From Eledone cirrhosa (Eukaryota): 64,000 nucleotides of DNA. Shown here in pieces: positions 1 to 11,467 of the stretch (positions are counted from its first letter, which is position 1; each line of letters begins with the position of its first letter). The stretch lies in the NCBI GenBank assembly GCA_964016885.1, contig OZ024744.1:61690001-61754000 (forward strand), read 5' to 3'. The position numbers and the translations under genes were made by a program. Below the pieces are notes generated by a model. It worked only from the letters and a program-made list of their open reading frames with translations, made no database searches and was not told the origin of the DNA.

Positions 1-429
1 AGAAAGTTAGTTATTCCTTAAATTCCCATCAAATTCTTGATTATTTTCAGAAAGAATTAAAAATAAAAGGCAGTGTCTTTCATTAAGCACCAAACTAACA
101 ATGAGAAAGTTAGTTACCCCTCCAAATTCTTGATTAATTTCAAAATTAATGGAAAATTATAGGCACTGTCTTTTTTTATGTAACACAATTTATTAGTTAT
201 ATATTAAATAACGTTACAAATAGGAGTGAAATATAAACACATGATATATACAAAGCATATAAATAAATTTACAGTAGAATAACATAACAAATGTGTTTTA
301 AATATATACATAAATAACATTACAAATGCGTAAATAACATTATTAATTGCTCGCGATTCTTTCAGAAGGATATATTCCTTTAATGTTGCAATATTAAAGA
401 AAATGTAAAAGAAGGGGTGAACAACGGAG

Positions 430-1990
430 TCACCACCAGAGCAAAAGACAGCAGCGTAGCGAGGTGTACCGGGCAACCTCGCTAATGATTTTTGAGGTAA
501 GCCAACACATTCGCAGCGTGACCTCGGATGATGGCCAGGCTGATGCGCTGGAACAACTAAGCGCCCTCGCGAGATTCGCCAGTTGCCTCTATTAGACAAG
601 CCGCCAGTGAAGAGAGGAAACTAGCAGTCAGCGGCCCGACTCCCCCAAATGTCTCGAAAGCCACAGGCTGGAAAATGTAGCTGGTCGACAGATCACAGTA
701 TTTGAGGGTCTTACTCCGCTCGTCTGCGGAAACTGTGGCTCTCGCCCTAACCGCAGCATCCAGGATGTGGGAAGAAGCAAAAGAATCACTAACAGTGACG
801 TCCCAGACAAGGCCTCTTGACCAGGGGCACAGGGTAAGGCCGTCAGGTCTTTTGCCGTCACTGCTGGATAACTCAGATGGTTCCAACATTGAGGGGATGT
901 TCGCCCGGGCCAAAGCTCTCTTGAGAATGAGGTTTAGCTCCGTGTGACGCGCGAAGCGGTCGGAATTCAGGTGGCAAGAAAGACCATGGAGGCCTGTAGA
1001 GTCGAGGAGTTTGCCGCATCGACACCTCAAACCCATGCAGATGTCAGCTCCCACTCAGGGCGATGGAGACACGAAGTTCGCCCAGGCTGAGTAGGCCACC
1101 AACGTTGGTCACCTGAGTATTTGGCGCTGGCAGAGAGTAAGCGGCACCTTGCAAACTAATCCGACTGGATGAAGAGGGAGTTGAAGGTGGCCCTCAAACT
1201 TATGCTGTCCCAAGTTCTCTGACTTCGACTGTCCTCCACCTTCTCAGGAAGAGACAAACCCAACTCACTCCATTGCTGGAGAGCTTCACCCAACTCCCTG
1301 TTGGAACTAGTCCATGTTGGAGAGGAGAGGATGCTGCTCACCAGGGTGGAGGAAAGGAAGCAGGGGAGAGAGGGACGAACACTTACGAAGACCAAGACCG
1401 CCAAATCGCTTGGGCAACGCAGCCTGATAGCGGGACTCTGGAGAGAGTCTAACATTGACCAGGCACTCGAGTCTCTCGAAGATTAGGTCGTCGAAGCGTT
1501 GGAGGCAGGACGGAAATCTGTGAGAGGGGCTGACCCTGAGCAGATACAGAAGCTTAGCAATAGACAGGTAGTTCCTGAGTATGAAGAAACCTTGATGGGG
1601 TTCGATAACTTCGATATTCCTCAGCAGCTGCCCAAGGCCAACCATCTTCGATTGGAAGATTGGCTTGAAGGCCAGGTCTGTGATTGGAGCTCCTAAGGAT
1701 CACCAAGCCGACGAGGGTGGGACCGCGATGGAAGGGAAAGACTCAGTGAATAGGTTGATTAGCTGTTGGTATTGAGAAGCCGGGTGGTTGAGAATCCAGA
1801 GCTCACATTTGGAGCTACTGACCTGGAGACCCCGGCGGCCAAGCTCCTCAACCATTTTGTTGGCAGTGGCGAGAACCATATCCGGAGTTCCCCCAAACAA
1901 GCGTCGTCGAGGTACCAGACATTGAGGTCCAACTCACCCTCCCCCCCCCCCCCATTTTGGCGACGTCATCAATGCCCAATGCAAACAGAG
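430..1990 (-). mobile_element. CRE-clade non-LTR retrotransposon, decayed 3' portion (RT + restriction-like endonuclease)
   Basis: Frameshifted ORF pieces GPALFALGIDDVAK, YLDDA-like, QAALPKRFGGLG, CRCG..DSTGLHGLSC and DGKRPDGLTL..LVWDVT..KTLKY..FQPVAFETFG (PD-(D/E)xK REL domain); GC-rich island in AT-rich DNA. Confidence 0.85.
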
Positions 1991-2298
1991 CGGGCCCTAT
2001 TATTTTCAAATAATTTTGAAAATAACAGAATTTTGAGGTATTTAGTAACATAACTTACAGTGAATCCAGTGAAAAGAAGCTGCAGAAGAGGAAGAAAAAA
2101 AACCCTGGACAGATATGCTGAGAGCTTATCTCAAAAGATTGAACTTCACAGTGGAGACGACAAAGGAATGTAATGAGTGGAAGTAGGTTGTGCTGGAGAA
2201 GACCTGTCCAACCTAAGCAAGCATGGAAAAGCAGACATAAAATGATGATGATTATATATATATATATAAGATCAAAAGATGGTTAAAAGAGTTCCAAG

Positions 2299-2369
2299 TA
2301 TTTTATTATGCGCATTTCAAAAACAAATATCATCATGAGATGATATCTGCGTTTTCATCAGATAAAATA
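2299..2369 (-). ncRNA. Minimal type I hammerhead ribozyme
   Basis: Minus strand TATTTTAT-CTGATGA-[stem II CAGATATCATC/GATGATATTTG]-GAAA-T-GCGC-A-TA^ATAAAATA: perfect 8-bp stem I, palindromic loop 3. Confidence 0.85.
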
Positions 2370-2846
2370 GGGATACATGATATGAAGGTTAAAAAACACT
2401 TGTGAATAGTGAAATTTTAAATCAACATATGAAAAATAATTTAAGATTGATGTGTGATATTGGGAAAAGGTGAGGGGGGTTGGGGGTTGGAAAGGGTAAG
2501 GAAGAGGAGGAGATGAGAGTAAAGTATAAGAAGGAAGGATGAAAGAGGAGGAGAGATGGGTGATAGAGAGAGGGAGATAGCCTTTACAACTGAGAAAAAT
2601 ATATATTGTCTCACAGAGAGAAGTTAAAAAGCCGTTGGAAGATAATAGATAATTTAAAAGAATTTGAAATTAAAAGTTGATGAAGAGAAAAAGGGGTTAA
2701 GAATAATATTAAATTAAGGTTTGTATATTGAAGGATTTAATATGTGCGAGGAAAAGAAATTGTTAATATGTATTATTAAAATAAAAATATTAATGTTATT
2801 AAGGATATAATATTGTGCTACAATAAAACTCACCTCCTACACACAC

Positions 2847-2898
<52 letters not shown>

Positions 2899-2901
<3 letters not shown>

Positions 2902-3246
2902 TTGTCCCCCAGTATTCGAGGGGGTTACATTCCTAGGGTACTTGTGAAGAGTGAAAAACTGTGATTATTGGATGTGGTCCAATGCCTATAAATGTCAAAA
3001 TATAACATAAAATATAATAAAAAAAGGTTTGTTTTTTGCGAAGGGGCGTCTAATAATCTGGAAAATACGGTACATTGTTATTGATAATTTAGTGTTAAAA
3101 CATATATATTGCCACGAAAAAAAGCCATATAAAATTGTGATTCCGCGAATATGTGGTGGTTTACACGAACAATTGTTAGTTAGGTTCTAAGGAAAATTCC
3201 GCAAATAACCGGGACCACGAATGCCGGGGGGGGGGGGGGGGTTACA

Positions 3247-3250
<4 letters not shown>
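2899..3250. mobile_element. Tc1/mariner (pogo/Tigger-like) MITE
   Basis: TA|CAGTTGTCCCCC...GGGGTTACACTG|TA termini; related copies at 23110-23432 and 33214-33541. Confidence 0.7.
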
Positions 3251-3315
<65 letters not shown>

Positions 3316-3845
3316 TGTATGTATAGTATATTTGGCAATATACCGTATGTTTAATTAAAAACATTTAGAAGACCATTCGCTATCAGTTTTAAAGTAGTGA
3401 CTGAGTCACTTACTTATTTTTGGCAAAGGCAGGGAGAGAAGCTGACAGCTGTTTCTCGCTGTTTGGCATTTATGAAAGCCACGCACTCACCTGCCTTTGC
3501 CGAGAATTTTAGAAGCTGGATTCTTATAGAATTCCAGTAATAATCAGGAACTGATTACACAGAGCGATTGCCGGGCTAGTGAAAATTAGGTATTAGTATT
3601 GGTGATCTGAAATAGCGATGTATATATGAATGTATATATGAATATATTTGTATAGTATGTATGTATAGTATACCGTATGTATATACACATATGCCTTTAT
3701 ATATTTCTATATATTTTTTATATATTATTTTTCTTACTCTTTTTTATATATTTTTTCTCATGTATATTTCCTGTTATTTCTCCAGCCTCACTTCCAATTT
3801 TTAACAGATTTTAAATCTCATTTCATATTTTCTATCCATAACATC

Positions 3846-3911
3846 TCTGTCTGATGAACGAGCCAGACATATATTAATATTGTCTAGGATCCAGAAACCT
3901 TTGGTAATGGA
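3846..3911 (+). ncRNA. Hammerhead ribozyme-like motif (PLE pseudo-LTR remnant)
   Basis: TCTGT-CTGATGA-[AGACA..TGTCT stem]-GAAA-CC-TTT-GG-TA^ATGGA; stem I is weak (two G-U pairs). Confidence 0.55.
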
Positions 3912-3931
3912 ATATATATTGTGTTGTTCAC

Positions 3932-3993
<62 letters not shown>

Positions 3994-4104
3994 ATTATAA
4001 TAAATGAAAGACAGTTACTTTAAACCATCCCAATTTATTTTATTATATGCATTTCGAAGATGCAAGGCTTATAACAATAAATTGGGATGGTTTAAAGTAA
4101 CTGT

Positions 4105-4188
4105 CTTTCCGTGTATTACTGGTACTTTATTTTATCGACCCCGTAAGGATGAAAGGCAAAGTTAACCTTAACGCGATTTGAACTCAGA
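4105..4188 (-). mobile_element. SINE family A fragment
   Basis: ggtactttattttatcgaccccgtaaggatgaaaggcaaagttaacc..gatttgaactcaga, shared with the full copy at 17090-17278. Confidence 0.75.
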
Positions 4189-4494
4189 TATTATAATAAT
4201 TAAAAACAAATAACGAAACGAAATTAAATTTCGTTTCGTTTGTAACTCACTTTCGTATGACTGACGCTTAAACAATTAAGTTAAAAATGTACATCCACAT
4301 ATGTATACTGAAATACTAGTATGCATATGAATACACACACGTATACATATGTAGATGTACCGATTTTTTCACTGGTCACTTTACTGTGAGTGACCAGCTA
4401 TTCTGTATGTAAACACACAGACAAACCGGTTTTTAGAGTCATACTGGTTTTTGAGGAAACACCTTTCCTCTATTCTCCAGAAAGCCAGACAAGG

Positions 4495-4539
4495 AATATT
4501 GAACTAGTTTCGTTGTTGTTACAACTCATCAGCAATATT
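4495..4539 (-). ncRNA. Minimal type I hammerhead ribozyme (array unit 1)
   Basis: Minus strand AATATTG-CTGATGA-GTTGT-AACA-ACAAC-GAAA-CTAG-TT^CAATATT. Confidence 0.85.
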
Positions 4540-4960
4540 TACCTATCTTCCGGCCTTTCTAGAGAATCGTAAAAGCACATATCGTTATATGCTTTTTCTA
4601 TGAAAATTAGTAGTGGGCAGACTAATTTGCATAGAGCGTGAGTACGTACCGGTTCAACGGAGACGATAAAAACAAATAACGAAACGAAATTAAATTTCGT
4701 TTCGTTTGTAACTCACTTTCGTATGACTGACGCTTAAACAATTAAGTTAAAAATGTACATCCACATATGTATACTGAAATACTAGTATGCATATGAATAC
4801 ACACACGTATACATATGTAGATGTACCGATTTTTTCACTGGTCACTTTACTGTGAGTGACCAGCTATTCTGTATGTAAACACACAGACAAACCGGTTTTT
4901 AGAGTCATACTGGTTTTTGAGGAAACACCTTTCCTCTATTCTCCAGAAAGCCAGACAAGG

Positions 4961-5005
4961 AATATTGAACTAGTTTCGTTGTTGTTACAACTCATCAGCA
5001 ATATT
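4961..5005 (-). ncRNA. Minimal type I hammerhead ribozyme (array unit 2)
   Basis: Same sequence as unit 1, offset 466 bp. Confidence 0.85.
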
Positions 5006-5426
5006 TACCTATCTTCCGGCCTTTCTAGAGAATCGTAAAAGCACATATCGTTATATGCTTTTTCTATGAAAATTAGTAGTGGGCAGACTAATTTGCATAG
5101 AGCGTGAGTACGTACCGGTTCAACGGAGACGATAAAAACAAATAACGAAACGAAATTAAATTTCGTTTCGTTTGTAACTCACTTTCGTATGACTGACGCT
5201 TAAACAATTAAGTTAAAAATGTACATCCACATATGTATACTGAAATACTAGTATGCATATGAATACACACACGTATACATATGTAGATGTACCGATTTTT
5301 TCACTGGTCACTTTACTGTGAGTGACCAGCTATTCTGTATGTAAACACACAGACAAACCGGTTTTTAGAGTCATACTGGTTTTTGAGGAAACACCTTTCC
5401 TCTATTCTCCAGAAAGCCAGACAAGG

Positions 5427-5471
5427 AATATTGAACTAGTTTCGTTGTTGTTACAACTCATCAGCAATATT
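5427..5471 (-). ncRNA. Minimal type I hammerhead ribozyme (array unit 3)
   Basis: Same sequence as unit 1, offset 932 bp. Confidence 0.85.
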
Positions 5472-5988
5472 TACCTATCTTCCGGCCTTTCTAGAGAATC
5501 GTAAAAGCACATATCGTTATATGCTTTTTCTATGAAAATTAGTAGTGGGCAGACTAATTTGCATAGAGCGTGAGTACGTACCGGTTCAACGGAGACGATA
5601 AAAACAAATAACGAAACGAAATTAAATTTCGTTTCGTTTGTAACTCACTTTCGTATGACTGACGCTTAAACAATTAAGTTAAAAATGTACATCCACATAT
5701 GTATACTGAAATACTAGTATGCATATGAATACACACACGTATACATATGTAGATGTACCGATTTTTTCACTGGTCACTTTACTGTGAGTGACCAGCTATT
5801 CTGTATGTAAACACACAGACAAACCGGTTTTTAGAGTCATACTGGTTTTTGAGGAAACACCTTTCCTCTATTCTCCAGAAAGCCAGACAAGGAATATTGA
5901 ACTAGTTTCGAAATTTAATTTCGAAATTTAATTTCGTTTCGTTATTTGTTTTTATCGTCTCCGTTGAACCGGTACGTACTCACGCTCT

Positions 5989-5996
5989 ATGCAAAT
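5989..5996 (+). promoter_or_regulatory. Octamer motif ATGCAAAT upstream of hammerhead (also at 4625-4632 and equivalent positions on the minus strand)
   Basis: Perfect octamer 92 nt 5' of CTGATGA; same relative position in two related families. Promoter function is inferred. Confidence 0.5.
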
Positions 5997-6081
5997 TAGT
6001 CTGCCCACTACTAATTTTCATAGAAAAAGCATATAACGATATGTGCTTTTACGATTCTCTAGAAAGGCCGGAAGATAGGTA

Positions 6082-6126
6082 AATATTGCTGATGAGTTGT
6101 AACAACAACGAAACTAGTTCAATATT
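6082..6126 (+). ncRNA. Minimal type I hammerhead ribozyme (inverted unit)
   Basis: AATATTG-CTGATGA-GTTGT-AACA-ACAAC-GAAA-CTAG-TT^CAATATT; 7-bp stem I, 5-bp stem II. Confidence 0.85.
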
Positions 6127-6347
6127 CCTTGTCTGGCTTTCTGGAGAATAGAGGAAAGGTGTTTCCTCAAAAACCAGTATGACTCTAAAAACCGGTTTGT
6201 CTGTGTGTTTACATACAGAATAGCTGGTCACTCACAGTAAAGTGACCAGTGAAAAAATCGGTACATCTACATATGTATACGTGTGTGTATTCATATGCAT
6301 ACTAGTATTTCAGTATACATATGTGGATGTACATTTTTAACTTAATT

Positions 6348-6448
6348 ATTATAATAATTGTTTCTACTTTTGGCACAAGGCCTGCAATTACCAATGTACT
6401 GGGTAATTGCTGGCCTTGTGCCAAAAGTAGAAACAATTATTATAATAA
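6348..6448. repeat. Fold-back of two SINE A 3' tails
   Basis: ataataattgtttctacttttggcacaaggcc...ggccttgtgccaaaagtagaaacaattattat. Confidence 0.8.
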
Positions 6449-6589
6449 AACTCTGGTTAAACATATACTGTTGAGTGTTTGAAATCTGTTATATATAAGT
6501 CAGCTCATTCTAAATCAACTAACTCTTTTTCATTAAACAAATATATATATATACAAAATTGAACGTTTTTTTTAGCTGAACAGGTATAA

Positions 6590-6760
6590 ATTAATTGTTT
6601 CTACTTTTGGCAGAAGGCCAGCAATTATGCCAGTGCTTACTGGTGCTTTATTTTATCGATTCCGTAAGGATGAAAAGTAAAGTTAACCGTGACAGGATTT
6701 GAATTCAGAACGTAAATGGCCATAACTCTATATTGCAAAGCATGGTGTCTGACGGGTATA
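6590..6760 (-). mobile_element. SINE family A copy
   Basis: Colinear with 17090-17278. Confidence 0.75.
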
Positions 6761-7049
6761 AATCAATGTTTTGTCTTTCATCTCTTACTCCTTTGGACAG
6801 CATTTGGCTTATGTTAGACGATGTGGCCTTGGATAGACCAGCAGTACCACTGCCCAAGTCCATCTCAAAGGCCGATGACTGTGAAGTTCTGTGTCTTTCG
6901 TTTGTATTTTTTTTTTTTAAATAATTTTTTAACATTTCCTCTTAAAAAATTGTTTTTCGTTTTGGTTTGTCTCCATTCGTTGTCTTGTCCTTTCTTTGTT
7001 AATTTTCTTAAGTTTACACGAATGAACCTGTTATTTTTCTCTCAAAACA

Positions 7050-7226
7050 TTTTTTCCAATTCCACCCTGTCCGTCCCTTCAAGCTATCTAATTTCTCATT
7101 CTTTCTTCTGATGAAGGACTAACGTCCAAAACGTTAAGACCTTCTTCCTGCTATTTCAAGCGTTAACCTAATATATTCCTTCCATATACTCTACCGATTG
7201 TGTTATTATTTCTGTTTACCTTTTAC

Positions 7227-7232
<6 letters not shown>
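7050..7232 (+). mobile_element. PLE pseudo-LTR remnant with decayed hammerhead
   Basis: TCTT-CTGATGA-AGGAC-TAAC-GTCC-(A)AAA-CG-TT^AAGA at 7104-7139 (G12>A); near-identical block at about 36110-36295, diverged at 43688-43815. Confidence 0.65.
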
Positions 7233-7313
<81 letters not shown>

Positions 7314-7439
7314 GATAAATCTACCAAAATATACGGTAGTGTCCAATCCGTATGAAGAACTCAATGTAATCCAAATATCATGAAAAGAGAAGATGCATTC
7401 AACAATTTTCGATGAAGATCATAGGAAAACAGAGTCAAG

Positions 7440-10250
7440 ATAAATTAATAAAAACAATGAAATAAAAACAAAGAACAAGTTTCTTATATTTAAAAATTCA
7501 TCATTTTACGATCGTTTCTGGGATGTATATGTGTGTTGGTATGTATATCATATAGATCTATGTAAAAATATTACAAATTATCAGAGGAAATATACATACC
7601 TTCACATATACATGCCGTCCTCAGAAATGATGGGATATGTTTATTGAAAAAAACCCCAACAAGATTCAATATAAAAGGTCTGTTTGGGAACAGGTTTTGA
7701 ATTGACCAATAGAAAAGTAGTTAGAGGTCAAGTTGATAGAATAGCAGTAGTAGAAATTTAATTTAGGGATAGAGGAGTGCAGACTTATGTTTTGAATCAA
7801 AAGAGGTCAAGCCAAGACGATAGTGAAGTGTACACGAACATTTGATGTTATTAAAGAATAATGTTAAAAACGAAGGAAAATAAAATTTTAGGGTAGGGGT
7901 ATTAGTGAGAAATACCAATCTTATTTAAGCTACAAGGAATCTAGATACATAACAAGAAATTAAATTAATTTATAGGTATACTTATAGGTATTAATTTTAG
8001 GAAAAGAGAGCTGTAAGAGGGAAATAAAATTTTGAAGTTCTCTGTAGTAAAGTACTAATTATAGGTTAACTAAATTTAAAAAAAACAATTATAATAATTT
8101 GTAAAATATAAGAGTAAGGTGTATATTAATTAGGTTTATAATATTTGAAGGTTCTTCTAATTCTATGATTGCAAGATATAATTAATTCCTGTCGCTTATT
8201 TAATAGGATATCCTTAGCTTTCATGATTTCAAAAAGTTCCTGGGAGTATAACCTACACTCGTATCTGCTATTTTGATAAGGGGTGGCCCTTTTGAGCATG
8301 CTCCAGGTCAGGTTGTAATCGATATTCTTCTTTCTATAATTATTAATTGTTTCAGCCAAGTATTGGCTAATGCGGCATTTTTAAAACTATGTTTGTGGGT
8401 ATTAAATATTACTTTAAATTGGTTAGACGTAGCTCCTATATATATGAATAAGTGGAGTCCTTAGTGCCAATTTTACATTTATAGACTATGTTATTAATAA
8501 AACAATTTCCCTTTAATGAGCAATTTCTTTTGATTCTACAGTTACAACCATTCGTGAATATTATATCAGGGGAGTTAGTCAAATTTGGTGTGGAGTTTGC
8601 TCGACTTGTTATAGATGAAGGAGATGGTGGTTTGTTGCGTTTTCTTTTAGTATTAGGTTGGTTTGATGTGTTGGTGGTATATTTGTGTTTTTATTTACAC
8701 TTATATGCGTTGTATGCACTTATATTCTGTTGTATATTTTTGGTAGTGGGGTAGGAAAATTTGACAGTTGATCTATTTAAAATTTGATGGTATTTATGGT
8801 TTGGTGGGAAGTTTTTCTCTAGGATAGCAAAGAATATTTTAGGGGTATTGTCTTTAATTTATAAATTAAATGGAGCATTATACCAAGTAACCCGTCTATT
8901 ACGGTTTCGATATTGTTTTTTATATTTATACGATGTATCAGGATGTTTACTAAGAGAGTTACTATTAGTGACTTTATTATATATATGTTTAATTAGATTA
9001 ACTGATTTAGGTGTTTTAGTCTGATTACTAGGAATTTTGTTAGTAATGTTGTTAACATATATTGGAGTATTAGGATGAATGGTTTTTTGAAAGTCATTAT
9101 ATTTTATGTGAGAAAAGGTAGGTAGAGAAATTAAGTTTTAGGTTGGTATTTTTGGGTGTAGTATGAGTGACATTTAGGTGTGGGTTTTTCATTTGGTGGC
9201 TGTTGGTAATATTGGGTTGTATGTTTGAAGTATTGTTGGTGCAAGGTATATAGACTAATTTGTTTTTGTGGCCGCTTCTAGCTAAAGCTTCGTTATAAAA
9301 GGGCGTATTTTTATCGAATACATCCTGGTTAGATGAAAGGTTAGAGATTCTGAGTGAGATGTTATATGCTAGGTTTTTAAGGATAGATCTAGGGTGATTG
9401 GATTGTGAGTGTATGTAATGTAACTTTTGGTTAGGTTTATGGTAAGGTTGGTAGATACCCGTAGATAGGTCTAAAGTTATATCTAGGAAATTGACTATTT
9501 TACTGGTGCTTTCAAATGTAATAGTGAAATTGTAATAGTCTTTGAGGAAAGTTCTAATAAGTCTTTTATTTCTTTCAATTTCTGATAGGCTAAGATTAGT
9601 GGAAAGAAGAAGACAGTCATCACGATATAAACCACCTTTAAGGTGGGGAAAAGATGAATTAATGTTAAATAGAAGAAAGAGGCCCACAAGATCGGTAATT
9701 TGGGCGGAATCACTAGAGCCCATAGTTATGTCGAAGAGATTACTATATGTATTTCTGGTCCAGTATTCCTTCTGAAACTCCAGTAGTGTTTGTCTAGCGT
9801 GCGTGATAATATTAATATCATCCATAGTTAAGTTTGATCTATTTTTGACAAATATCAAAGCTTTGTTCGGGAGTATGGGTGATATAGAGGACTAATAAGC
9901 ATCTATATCAAATTGTAGAAATGAAGCAGATGATTTATTTCTAATATTAGTAAACCAGTTAATTACTTGGGATGTGTTTTCCCAGAGTGGTAAGTTAACG
10001 TGTTTTCTTAATTGTGGGATAATTCTATCTAACGTTTTTTTTACTAATGATGCCAATGTCTGATTTGGAAGGGCATATAAGTCTTATAGAAGGATTAGAG
10101 TTAAAGTTAGATTTGTGATCTTTCAGGTTAAAGTGTGGTTTTTTCAGTGCCAAAGGTTCAGTTCTGTCTTCAATATTGATTTTATTTACTATGTTGTATG
10201 TTTTGTTGTTGATATTGGTAAGAGCAGCATTATTTGTTTTTTTTATAATG
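7440..10250 (-). mobile_element. Penelope-like element (RT + C-terminal GIY-YIG endonuclease + pseudo-LTR), 5'-truncated and frameshifted; Hydra-clade-like
   Basis: LKDHK..NPSIRLICPSKSDIG; MGSSDSAQITDLVGL..GLYRDDCL..VNFLDITLDL..SNHP; RRVTWYNAPF..NRSTVKFSY; CNCRIKRNC..IVY..YIGAT; LLNKRQELIISCNH; hammerhead in 3' UTR. Clade assignment is tentative. Confidence 0.88.
7501..7630 (-). ncRNA. Type I hammerhead with long stem II (PLE pseudo-LTR)
   Basis: Minus strand TCATTT-CTGAGGA-[about 99 nt, ATGTATATGTG..CACATATACAT arms]-GAAA-C-GATC-G-TA^AAATGA. Confidence 0.75.
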
Positions 10251-10274
10251 AACTCAGGAAAAATTATAACTAAA

Positions 10275-11455
10275 CAGAAATACATATAGTAATCTCTTCG
10301 ACATAACTATGGGCTCTAGTGATTCCGCCCAAATTACCGATCTTGTGGGCCTCTTTCTTCTATTTAACATTAATTCATCTTTTCCCCGCCTTAAAAGTGG
10401 TTTATATCGTGATGACTGTCTTCTTCTTTCCACTAATCTAAGCCTATCAGAAATTGAAATAAATAAAAAACTTATTAGAACTTTCCTCAAAGACTATTAC
10501 AATTTCACTATTACATTTGAAAGCACCAGTAAAATAGTCAATTTCCTAGATATAACTTTAGACCTATCTACGGGTATCTACCAACCGTACCATAAACCTA
10601 ACCAAAACTTACATTACATACACTCACCAATCCAATCACCCTAGATCTTTTTGAAATCATGAAAGCTAAGGATATCCTATTAAATAAGCGACAGGAATTA
10701 ATTATATCTTGCAATCATAGAATTAGAAGAACCTTCAAATATTATAAACCTAATTAATATACACCTTACTCTTATATTTTACAAATTATTATAATTGTTT
10801 TTTTTAATTTAGTTAACCTATAATGAGTACTTTACTACAGAGAACTTCAAAATTTTATTTCCCTCTTACAGCTCTCTTTTCCTAAAATTAATACCTATAA
10901 GTATACCTATAAATTAATTTAATTTCCTGTTATGTATCTAGATTCCTTGTAGTTTAAATAAGATTGGTATTTCTCACTAATACCCTTCTCCTAAAATTTT
11001 ATTTTCCTTCGTTTTTAACATTATTCTTTAATAACATCAAATTTTCGTGTACCCTTCACTATCGTCTTGGCTTGACCTCTTTTCACCCCCGAAGTATTCT
11101 TTTCATTCGAAACATAAGTCTGCACTCCTCTACCCCTAAATTAAATTTCTACTACTGCTATTCTATCAACTTGACCTCTAACTACTTTTCTATTGGTCAA
11201 TTCAAAACCTGTTCCCAAACAGTCCTTTTATATTAAATTTTTGTTGTTTTTTTTTCAATAAACACATCTCATCATTTCTGAAGACGGCATGTGAAGGTAT
11301 GTATATTTCCTCTAATAATTTGTAATATTTTTACATGGATCTATATGATATACATACCAACACACATATACATCCCAGAAACGATCGTAAAATGATGATT
11401 TTTTTAATATAAGGAACTTGTTCTTTGTTTTTATTTCATTGTTTTTATTAATTTA
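10275..11455 (+). mobile_element. Inverted, internally deleted copy of the same PLE (RT fragment joined to 3' pseudo-LTR)
   Basis: 10277-10648 is the reverse complement of about 9385-9755; 10650-11455 is the reverse complement of about 7440-8235; hammerhead at 11271-11396 (CTGAAGA...GAAACGATCGTA). Confidence 0.9.
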
Positions 11456-11467
11456 TATATATATATA

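Larger units (their letters stand above)
4201..6347. repeat. 466-bp tandem repeat (three full units plus a 312-bp partial) followed by an inverted partial unit; hammerhead-bearing retrozyme-like array
   Basis: Units start at 4201, 4667, 5133, 5599 and look identical; inverted copy about 5909-6347; TATTATAATAATT on both flanks (4189-4201, 6347-6359). Confidence 0.95.

Noticed and set aside
4201-5910. CRISPR-like array
   Set aside because: Long identical units with no unique spacers, in a eukaryotic context with no cas genes
4390-6231. Four identical 60-aa ORFs (MTSYSVCK...)
   Set aside because: GTG start, antisense to the hammerhead strand, no domain; a by-product of the tandem repeat
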